DNA of 35,905 nucleotides from Myxococcales bacterium. GTDB lineage: Bacteria; Myxococcota; Myxococcia; Myxococcales; Myxococcaceae. This document shows positions 26,505 through 33,468 of this stretch, one piece after another. The translations under genes and the position numbers were made by a program. Under the pieces are notes generated by a model. The model was given only the letters and a program-made list of their open reading frames with translations, did no database searches and was not told the DNA's origin. Location of the stretch: contig VFKJ01000517.1 in the NCBI GenBank assembly GCA_009885595.1, positions 1 through 35,905 of the forward strand. Direction: 5' to 3'. The stretch's first letter is position 1, and each line of letters starts with the position of its first letter.

Positions 26505-27533
26505 TCAATCTTCGTCGTCTGCCGCAGGGCGCCGCTTCTTCCGCGCGTTCGCGTCTTCGTCGTCGTCATCGAGCGTCGGCTTCTTCCTTCCCGCGGGCCG
26601 CTTCGGGGCGTCTTCGTCTTCGTCGTCCTCGTCCTCGTCCTCCGCGTCGTCGCCCTTCGCCTTCCGCTTCTTCTGGGCCTTCTCGAGCTCTTCTTCTTCC
26701 TCCTCTTCTTCCGCGGTCAGCTCGCGGGCCGGCGTGGCGATCGCCATGGTGAAGCCCGGGAAGATCGCCCAGCCGCCCCCGCCTGACGCGCTCACGGAGG
26801 CGTCGGTGGTGGACCTCGACTGCCCGATTCCTGGCGTCACCGCGAAGGCGACCTCAGGCCGCAGGTGCAGCCAACCCAGCTTGATGTCGATGCCCACCGC
26901 CGCGCTGATCTGATGCCCGGTGGTCGATTGGACGAACTCGGATTTGTCGGTGAGCGAGGTGTTTTCCGTCGAGTTGTAATTGCGGTTGAAGATGAAGTCG
27001 TAGCCGACGCCCGCATAGAAGCCGCTGCGGTGCGAGAAGAGGAACTTGAGCCCGCCGAGGAAGGTGAAGCTCGTCTGGGTGCGGTTCGGCCCCGGCACCA
27101 CGATCCCGTCGGCGCCTGCGGTGTCGGTGGCCGCACCCAGGGACGCGTAGCCGAACGCCACCTGCGGCATCAGCGCCACCCAGGCCACCTTCGACTTGTT
27201 GAGCGTCAGCTTCAGGCCCGGCTGCAGGCCCGCCGAGCTCGCGTGCACGTTGAGCGCGACGTGGTCGCTGAAGCCCGTGTTCAGGTTCGCCTCGAACGCC
27301 GGAATGGTGAAGCCCGCGGTCCGCTCGTTGGTCTTGATCGGATCGTTGACGGCGTCGCGTCCGTCGAACTGGGGGTTGGTCTGGGAGGCGTAGATGAAGC
27401 CGGTGTAGACGCCGACCTCGGTGGCGCCGCGACCCACCGGCGCCGCCAGCTGCCCAATCGTCATCGAGCGCGGAACGATGCAGCCCGAGGCCAGCGCGAG
27501 GACACAGCACAAGCAGGTTCGCATGACGGCCAT
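26505..27533 (-). CDS. Putative outer-membrane beta-barrel-like lipoprotein with a 72-aa hyper-charged C-terminal tail
   Basis: Signal peptide plus lipobox ([18 protein letters not shown]). Alternating aromatic and hydrophobic beta-strand patterns ([25 protein letters not shown]). Tail: [72 protein letters not shown]. An alternative start is at 27524. Confidence 0.7.
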   Translation of the reverse strand: MAVMRTCLCCVLALASGCIVPRSMTIGQLAAPVGRGATEVGVYTGFIYASQTNPQFDGRDAVNDPIKTNERTAGFTIPAFEANLNTGFSDHVALNVHASSAGLQPGLKLTLNKSKVAWVALMPQVAFGYASLGAATDTAGADGIVVPGPNRTQTSFTFLGGLKFLFSHRSGFYAGVGYDFIFNRNYNSTENTSLTDKSEFVQSTTGHQISAAVGIDIKLGWLHLRPEVAFAVTPGIGQSRSTTDASVSASGGGGWAIFPGFTMAIATPARELTAEEEEEEEELEKAQKKRKAKGDDAEDEDEDDEDEDAPKRPAGRKKPTLDDDDEDANARKKRRPAADDED

Positions 27534-27552
27534 GCTACAAGCTCGCGCGCCA

Positions 27553-28584
27553 ATGACACGGAGAACTGGAGATCCCCTCGACCCCGTCGTCGCCAACGAC
27601 GAGCAGCGGCTCGAGGCCTCGCTCCGCCCGCAAACCTTCGAAGACTACGTGGGCCAAGCGCGGGTGGTGGACAAGCTGAAGGTCTACGTGAAGGCCGCCC
27701 AGGCGCGCGGCGAGTCGCTCGATCACTGTCTGTTCTCCGGCCCGCCGGGCCTGGGCAAGACCTCGCTGGCGCACATCATCAGCAGCGAGCTGGGCACCAC
27801 CATGCACGTCACCTCGGGCCCTGCGCTCGAGAAGAAGGGCGATCTCGCCGGCCTGCTCACCAACCTCGGCCCCCGGGACGTGCTCTTCATCGACGAGATC
27901 CACCGGCTGTCCGCCACCATCGAGGAATACCTCTACCCGGCGATGGAAGACTTCCGGCTCGACATCACCATCGACTCCGGCCCCGCGGCGCGCGCGATGA
28001 AGATCGATCTCCCGCCCTTCACCCTGATCGGCGCCACCACCCGCACCGGTCTGCTCACCTCGCCGCTGCGCGATCGCTTTCAGATCCAGGAGCGGCTCGA
28101 GTTCTATTCGCCGGGCGACCTGCAGAAGATCCTCACCCGGTCCGCGCGCATCCTCGGCGTGAAGCTCGAGCGGGAAGGCTCGGAGGAGATCGCCTCGCGC
28201 GCGCGCGGCACCCCCCGCATCGCCAACCGCCTCCTGCGCCGGCTGCGCGACTTCGCCGAGGTCGAAGGGGAAGGCGTCGTCACCAAGGCGCTGGCGGACA
28301 GCGCTCTGCGCCGGCTCGACATCGACGCCAGCGGCCTCGATCAGATGGATCGGCGCATTCTGCTGACGGTGATCGAGAAGTTCGGCGGCGGGCCCGTGGG
28401 GGTGGAGACGATCGCCGCCGCGGTGGGCGAAGAGCGCGACACCATCGAAGACGTCTACGAGCCCTATTTGCTCCAGGAGGGCTTCATCCACCGAACCCCC
28501 CGTGGGCGGATGGCCACCCTCCATGCGTATGAGTACTTCGGCAAGGTCGCTCCACGCCGCGACAGCCAGGGCGACCTTTTCTGA
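27553..28584 (+). CDS. ruvB: Holliday junction branch-migration ATPase RuvB
   Basis: [12 protein letters not shown], Walker [31 protein letters not shown] and [12 protein letters not shown]. The ATG at 27553 gives the usual N-terminal length. In-frame ATGs at 27523 and 27532 are alternatives. Confidence 0.93.
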   Translation: MTRRTGDPLDPVVANDEQRLEASLRPQTFEDYVGQARVVDKLKVYVKAAQARGESLDHCLFSGPPGLGKTSLAHIISSELGTTMHVTSGPALEKKGDLAGLLTNLGPRDVLFIDEIHRLSATIEEYLYPAMEDFRLDITIDSGPAARAMKIDLPPFTLIGATTRTGLLTSPLRDRFQIQERLEFYSPGDLQKILTRSARILGVKLEREGSEEIASRARGTPRIANRLLRRLRDFAEVEGEGVVTKALADSALRRLDIDASGLDQMDRRILLTVIEKFGGGPVGVETIAAAVGEERDTIEDVYEPYLLQEGFIHRTPRGRMATLHAYEYFGKVAPRRDSQGDLF

Positions 28585-28721
28585 AACTGCGACACCAAAG
28601 TCGCGCCCTCTAACCTGCCAGAAACGCGGCAGCTCTGTCGTGACCACCAAAAAATGGAGTGGTGCGCGGATGCTCCAGCGTGTGATTCCGGGCACTTTTT
28701 GCTTCCGAACCACCAGTTTCG

Positions 28722-28737
28722 TGGCATATGCGTTGCT
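28722..28737 (+). promoter_or_regulatory. Candidate sigma54 (-24/-12) promoter upstream of lpxC
   Basis: TGGCAT-ATGCG-TTGCT matches TGGCAC-N5-TTGCW at all but one position, with exact spacing. It lies in the 207-bp lower-GC gap between ruvB and lpxC, about 55 nt before the lpxC ATG. Confidence 0.4.
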
Positions 28738-28791
28738 CAACGCGCCGCATCACGCCGGCTCCAACCGGCCCACAAAAGGGCGCGTAACGAC

Positions 28792-29727
28792 ATGGCCGGC
28801 TCTTTCGAGCAGCGAACACTTCAGCGGGCGGTACTGGTCGAAGGGGTTGGGCTCCACTCGGGAGCGAAGGTTTCGCTGCGTCTGCTGCCGGCACCTGTCA
28901 ACCACGGCCTCGTCTTCGCGCGCATCGATCTGGCGGGGCGTCCGACCGTGCGGGTGTGCTCCGAGTTCGTGACCGACACCTCGTTGGCCACCACCCTGGG
29001 CGAGGGCAAGGCGAAGGTCGCCACCGTCGAGCACCTGCTGGCGGCGCTCTCGGGCCTGGGCATCGACAACCTCCGCATCGAGATCGACGGCCCCGAAGTC
29101 CCCATCATGGACGGCAGCGCCGCGCCCTTCGCGCTGCGGATCTCGGAAGTCGGCATTCGCCACCAGGGCGAGCCCAAGCGCTTCCTGGTGATCAAGAAGA
29201 CGGTGACGGTGACGGACGGCGACAAGTTCGCCACCTTCTCCCCCGCGCGCCGCTTCCGCATCGACTGCACCATCGACTTCAAGCACCCGCTGATCAGCGA
29301 TCAGCAGTTCACCCTCGAGTTCAGCGATCGCTCGTTCATCCGCGAAGTGGCGCGCGCCCGCACCTTCGGGTTCCTGCGCGACGTCGACAAGCTGCGCGCC
29401 CTGGGCCTGGCCCGCGGCGGCTCGCTGGAGAACGCGGTGGTGGTCGACGACTTCTCCATCTTGAACCCGGAGGGGCTGCGTTTCCCCGACGAGTTCGTTC
29501 GCCACAAGCTGCTCGACGCGCTGGGTGACGTGGCGCTGCTCGGCAACCCGGTGATCGGCGCGCTGACGGTCTACAAGACGGGCCACGCGCTCAACCAGAA
29601 GTTGGTGGCGAAGGTGCTGTCCGATCCCGCGAACTTCGAGGTCGTGCCCGCGCGCTCCGGCGACATGGTCTCGCACGAGCTGGAGCACGAAGATCTCGCG
29701 CCCGTGCTGGCGCCTTCCGCGGCGTGA
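28792..29727 (+). CDS. lpxC: UDP-3-O-acyl-N-acetylglucosamine deacetylase
   Basis: QRTLQRAVLVEGVGLHSGAKV, ATVEHLLAALSGLGIDN, EVPIMDGSAAPF, FGFLRDV and HKLLDALGD. ATG at 28792. The track ORF starting at 28654 is an upstream extension. Confidence 0.94.
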   Translation: MAGSFEQRTLQRAVLVEGVGLHSGAKVSLRLLPAPVNHGLVFARIDLAGRPTVRVCSEFVTDTSLATTLGEGKAKVATVEHLLAALSGLGIDNLRIEIDGPEVPIMDGSAAPFALRISEVGIRHQGEPKRFLVIKKTVTVTDGDKFATFSPARRFRIDCTIDFKHPLISDQQFTLEFSDRSFIREVARARTFGFLRDVDKLRALGLARGGSLENAVVVDDFSILNPEGLRFPDEFVRHKLLDALGDVALLGNPVIGALTVYKTGHALNQKLVAKVLSDPANFEVVPARSGDMVSHELEHEDLAPVLAPSAA

Positions 29728-29764
29728 GGCTCACGGCCTGAAGCTGCTGTAGGTTGGCAGTCAG

Positions 29765-31915
29765 GTGGCATCTCTCTTCCCACGGGTGGTCTGCGCCTGG
29801 CTGCTGCTCGCGGCAGGGTGCAACTGCCGGGAGCGCGGCCTCGAGCCGGTGCCCACCTTCATCCGGGTCACCCCCACGCAGATCGACTTCGGGCGGCTGG
29901 TGGTGGGGCAGGTGGCGTCGGACTTCGTCGAGGTGATCAACTCGGGCAAGGCGCCGATCGAAGGCACCTGGTCGCTGCGGGGCGAGGCCTTCCTGAGCGA
30001 CGACGCCAACCCTTCCCGCGCCTCCGTCGGCTCCACGGTGATGGCGATTCGGTGCGCTCCGCAGGCGGCGGGGATCTTCGACGGGGCGCTGGTGATCACG
30101 CTCGCGGGCTTCGAGCCGATCGTGGTGCCGCTCGCGTGCGAGGGCGTGCCGGTGCCCGAGTGCCTTCCTTCAGGGCCGTGCCGCCGCTCCTCCTGGGACG
30201 TCGCGGCCGGGCGCTGCGTGGAGCAGGACGAGGAGAACGGCGTCAGCTGCCAGTCCACCGACGGCTGCCTGCTCGGCCCGGTGTGCCGGTCGGGACGATG
30301 TGAAGGTACGCCGCGTGATTGCTCCGACGGAGATCCCTGCACGGCCGACACCTGCCACCCCACGCGCGGCTGCGAGCACCAGGGCCCCATCGCCTGTCCG
30401 GGCGAGGGCGTGTGCCGGGTGGGCCGCTGCAACCCCGGTGTGGGGTGCGAGCTCGTCGACGCCGAAGACGGCGTGCCCTGCGGCCAGCTGCGCACCTGCC
30501 TCAGCGCGGACGTGTGCATCGCAGGCAGCTGCGTCACCCGCGATCCCCCCGACGGCTTCCAGTGCAAGCCCGACGCGCCCTGCGCGACGGCGGGCTACTG
30601 CGTGAACGACGTCTGCCAGCCCACCCAGGTCACCCCGCTCGAGCCCAGCTGGACGCTCGCGGTGCCTCAGCCCGACGCGGGCCTTCCGGAGGCCTGGAGC
30701 GATCTGTTCGCCGATCGTTCCGGCGCGCTCACCGTCTCGAGCTACTTCATGTCGCCGCCCCGGCTGCGCGCGAACGCGGCCGCGCCGAACACGCTCACCC
30801 AATCGGCGCGGCGGTGCATCGACTGGCTGGGCTGGGTGGTGTGCGGCGATCTCCCCGCGACCCAGAGCGCGCCGGTGAGCGCGGTCGACAGCGCGACCGG
30901 GCAGATCGTCTGGTCGTATGCGGACGCCGCCGCCGTGATCCCTCAGTTCGTCGGCTCCGGCGTGCAGTTCTTCACGGCCAGGCTCGCGGTGCTCAGCGAG
31001 AGCGAGCTCTTGGTGCTCTACGAATCGCGCACCCTCACGCCCGAGGGCGTCGATCCCCGGTGCCGCACCTTCGGCCTGGTGGTCGTCGATCGCCAGGGAC
31101 AGGGCCTGCGCAGCCTGTTCATCAACGATCCGATCTTCTCGGTGTGCGATCACCCGCACAGCTACGGGGTGGCGGTGGACGCGCAGTCCAACATCTACCT
31201 CGCCTTCACGCCCAGCGGCGGCGACAACCCGGCGACCAGCCTCACCGACACCGTGATCTTCAGCTTCACGCCCTCGCTGCAGCTGCGCTGGCGTCGGTTC
31301 GCGCCCGGGCTGCAGGGTGGGGAACTCTCCGTGGGCGATGGGCTGCTCTTTCAGGAGCGCAGCCCGGAAGTGCGTCAGGCGCAGACCGGAGACGTGGTGG
31401 CCCAGCTGCCGCAGCCCTTCGGCCTGGGGGTGATCGGCGGCGGGCTCGCGCTCCCCGCCCAGCCCGGGGCGCAGCTGCTGGGCACGCTGTCCACCACCAC
31501 CCACCAGCCGCGCTGGCAGCGCCGCCTGCTGGGGACACCGGGAAGGAGCCCCTTGAGCCTCGCGACCTGGGCCTCGCCCTGGGGGCCGCGCGAGGTGGCG
31601 CTCGCCTTTACCCTCGACGGCACCCAGGTCTGGCTGGAGGCCACCGAGCTGCTGACCGGCGCGGAGGCCTTCTCCTGCCCCCTGGCGCTCCCGGAGCTGC
31701 CGGCCATGACCGCGGTCACCCCCGGCGGGCTGGCGGTGATGGTGGGGACCGAGCCGGTGAGCCCGAGCTGGCCCGTGTGCGAGGACTGCGACCCGAAGTT
31801 CGCCCGCACCCGCAGCCGCTTCGCCTCGTTTCCGCTGCCCGCGCTCGCGCCCTCCGCGGCGCCGTGGCCTGGCGCCTGGGGGAATGAAGGGCACTCCCAT
31901 CACGAAGGCCGCTGA
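29765..31915 (+). CDS. Large lipoprotein with a PapD/ASH-like Ig domain, Cys-rich repeats and a beta-propeller-like C-terminal region
   Basis: GTG start. Lipobox LLLAAGC. Repeated C-x-D/G...C...G-x-C modules (CSDGDPCTADTCHPTRGCE, GVCRVGRCNPGVGCE). A PQQ-like ATGQIVWSY motif occurs. High GC3. Confidence 0.75.
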   Translation: MASLFPRVVCAWLLLAAGCNCRERGLEPVPTFIRVTPTQIDFGRLVVGQVASDFVEVINSGKAPIEGTWSLRGEAFLSDDANPSRASVGSTVMAIRCAPQAAGIFDGALVITLAGFEPIVVPLACEGVPVPECLPSGPCRRSSWDVAAGRCVEQDEENGVSCQSTDGCLLGPVCRSGRCEGTPRDCSDGDPCTADTCHPTRGCEHQGPIACPGEGVCRVGRCNPGVGCELVDAEDGVPCGQLRTCLSADVCIAGSCVTRDPPDGFQCKPDAPCATAGYCVNDVCQPTQVTPLEPSWTLAVPQPDAGLPEAWSDLFADRSGALTVSSYFMSPPRLRANAAAPNTLTQSARRCIDWLGWVVCGDLPATQSAPVSAVDSATGQIVWSYADAAAVIPQFVGSGVQFFTARLAVLSESELLVLYESRTLTPEGVDPRCRTFGLVVVDRQGQGLRSLFINDPIFSVCDHPHSYGVAVDAQSNIYLAFTPSGGDNPATSLTDTVIFSFTPSLQLRWRRFAPGLQGGELSVGDGLLFQERSPEVRQAQTGDVVAQLPQPFGLGVIGGGLALPAQPGAQLLGTLSTTTHQPRWQRRLLGTPGRSPLSLATWASPWGPREVALAFTLDGTQVWLEATELLTGAEAFSCPLALPELPAMTAVTPGGLAVMVGTEPVSPSWPVCEDCDPKFARTRSRFASFPLPALAPSAAPWPGAWGNEGHSHHEGR

Positions 31916-31965
31916 TTCTCTCGTGGCTGTTCTATTCTCGAAGGCGAGCACCGTGGCTCTTTCCC

Positions 31966-32211
31966 GTGGAGTCCACTGATCCGTCCGGCCTGGTCGCTCA
32001 CCTTCGCCGCGCTGGCTACGACGCGACCTGCGGGTCTTCGACGCTGGTCGCCATCGACGCTTCCGCTTCGCAAGCCACCCGCGCCATGCAGGGCGTCGTC
32101 TATCTGCCCGTCTACGCCGAGCTGCCGGCGGAGAAGCTCGACCAGTTGGCCCGGCTCGTGGAAGCACACGCCAGGCCGACCCAGGAGCGTGTGGGTTTCC
32201 AAGCGGCATGA
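31966..32211 (+). CDS. Hypothetical protein P1 (81 aa), no recognisable domain
   Basis: GTG start and roughly 80% GC3 in this frame. The stop TGA overlaps an ATG in another frame (ATGA at 32208-32211). Confidence 0.55.
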   Translation: MESTDPSGLVAHLRRAGYDATCGSSTLVAIDASASQATRAMQGVVYLPVYAELPAEKLDQLARLVEAHARPTQERVGFQAA

Positions 32212-32250
32212 ACCTGCACTCGTGCGCCAACTCCACGGGGGCCTCACCGA

Positions 32251-32466
32251 TTGCCACGGGCATGCGGAGGGGCCAGCCGACACGTGTTGTTCGACCTCGA
32301 CCAGACCTCACTGGGGGCCTCGCTCAAGCTCGTCGCCGACCACGACCACCACGCCGTCGTTGCTCCAAGTGCAACCTGCCGTCTCGAGGATTACGAAGGC
32401 GCATTGGCTGCGACTCGCCCCAACTGGAGGAAGACCGATGTCACCCGCTTTCCGCCGCTACCTTGA
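32251..32466 (+). CDS. Possible small ORF P2 (60-71 aa); start uncertain (TTG 32251 or GTG 32284)
   Basis: Codons 32284-32360 (VLFDLDQTSLGASLKLVADHDHHAV) have nearly 100% GC3. The signal then decays. The ORF would overlap P3 by 29 nt. I see no clear RBS. Confidence 0.25.
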   Translation: MPRACGGASRHVLFDLDQTSLGASLKLVADHDHHAVVAPSATCRLEDYEGALAATRPNWRKTDVTRFPPLP

Positions 32467-32719
32467 CCAGTTGAACGAGCTTCGCTGCCTGCGCGAGTCT
32501 CATGAGGACACCCCGGAGCTCCTCGATATCGCAGAGCAGCCGATTCTCGACGAGATGGAGCGGATCGGGGCTGAGCTGAGCGAGGCCGAGCGCGTGGAAC
32601 TCCGAAGCGAGAGCTGGCGTGCCTGGCCCCACGATTTCGCGCTCCGAATGGTCGCTCTCCGCGACGTGGCTGTGTGGAAGCGGAAGGGCGCCCCAGCGCG
32701 CGAGACCAAGGCGGCCTGA
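32438..32719 (+). CDS. Hypothetical protein P3 (93 aa, predicted helical and acidic), no recognisable domain
   Basis: A strong RBS GGAGGA (32426-32431) lies 6 nt before the ATG at 32438. The stop overlaps the start of P4 (TGATG at 32717-32721). Confidence 0.7.
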   Translation: MSPAFRRYLDQLNELRCLRESHEDTPELLDIAEQPILDEMERIGAELSEAERVELRSESWRAWPHDFALRMVALRDVAVWKRKGAPARETKAA

Positions 32720-33468
32720 TGTACTTGACTGCTCAGCGTGTTCGAAGTGCCGGCGGAAACCGCCAAGGCGTGAACGTCTTCCTGTACTCGCATCAGGCGA
32801 TGCCCGCTGCCGCCCTGGCGCGGATGCCAATCCAGATGATCGCGGATCAGAACCCGGGCGAGCTGGCACTCGAAGTCATCGCCCTACCGCCCGGCACAAA
32901 CGAGGTCACCAGCTACCTGGACGTGGTCGCCCCCGATGACGCCTTGGGGAAGAACCTGGCGAGGGCCCTCGACTCCGCGGCGACGCACTTTCCCAACGCC
33001 AGTGTCTTTCCCCTCGCGTGGGAACACGGCGAACTGCGGCTTCGGTATCACGTGAACCCGGCGCTTCACCCAGATGCGGAGAGCGAGTTCCGGCGGCTGA
33101 AGGACAAGCTTCGACTGGTTCTGGGGAGCGGTCTGACTGGCGGAGGTCCCACCAGGCCCGCCGGTGGCCGCGCTCCCAATCCCCTCCGCATTGTCACCGA
33201 ACGAGATGACGAAGGTCGTCGCTACCGGCTGGAGACCGAGAGCCTCCGGCTTCTCCGATCGCTGCGGCCCGACCTGTCGTTTCCCGCCAGTCTCGGCGTG
33301 TCGACGGAGAATGAAGGCCTTCTCAGGAGGCTCTACGGCTCCTCAGAAACCTATGGTCAGTATGCGATCGCGCTGACCGGGCTGGCGGTCGAGCAGTTGA
33401 AAGCGCTCGCTGGGGTGATCGTCATTGATGAGCATGGGCAGTCGGTCTGGACCACGGAAACCGGCTGA
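32719..33468 (+). CDS. Hypothetical protein P4 (249 aa), no recognisable domain
   Basis: Translationally coupled to P3. The coding GC3 (about 75%) is clearly lower than in neighbouring core genes, with many rare codons (ACT, CGA, AGT, GGA, CTA, ACA, AGG, TTT). There is an internal Gly/Pro linker (GSGLTGGGPTRPAGGRAPNP). Confidence 0.72.
   Translation: MYLTAQRVRSAGGNRQGVNVFLYSHQAMPAAALARMPIQMIADQNPGELALEVIALPPGTNEVTSYLDVVAPDDALGKNLARALDSAATHFPNASVFPLAWEHGELRLRYHVNPALHPDAESEFRRLKDKLRLVLGSGLTGGGPTRPAGGRAPNPLRIVTERDDEGRRYRLETESLRLLRSLRPDLSFPASLGVSTENEGLLRRLYGSSETYGQYAIALTGLAVEQLKALAGVIVIDEHGQSVWTTETG

Noticed and set aside
26476-26913. Plus-strand ORFs encoding poly-Ser and Arg-rich stretches (26456..26752, 26460..26786, 26476..26913)
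   Set aside because: They are the antisense read of the GAA/GAC/GAG-rich segment that encodes the acidic tail of the minus-strand lipoprotein. They are a low-complexity artefact.
28690-28704. Sigma54-like GGGCAC-TTTTT-GCTT motif
   Set aside because: The TTGC element is displaced by 2 nt relative to the strict -24/-12 spacing. The correctly spaced motif at 28722-28737 is the better candidate.
27535-28740. 401-aa minus-strand ORF antisense to ruvB
   Set aside because: It is a shadow ORF opposite an unmistakable RuvB.
30170-32311. 713-aa minus-strand ORF, and 30319..31887 on the plus strand, overlapping the Cys-rich lipoprotein gene and P1
   Set aside because: The translations are extremely Arg/Gly/Ala/Pro-rich with no motifs. 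The 29765 frame has a lipobox, Cys-rich repeats and high GC3.
32189-32437. Upstream extension of P3 (track ORF 32189..32719)
   Set aside because: The extension translates to low-complexity SSSSPTTTTTPS-type sequence. A strong GGAGGA RBS precedes the internal ATG at 32438, so I start P3 there.
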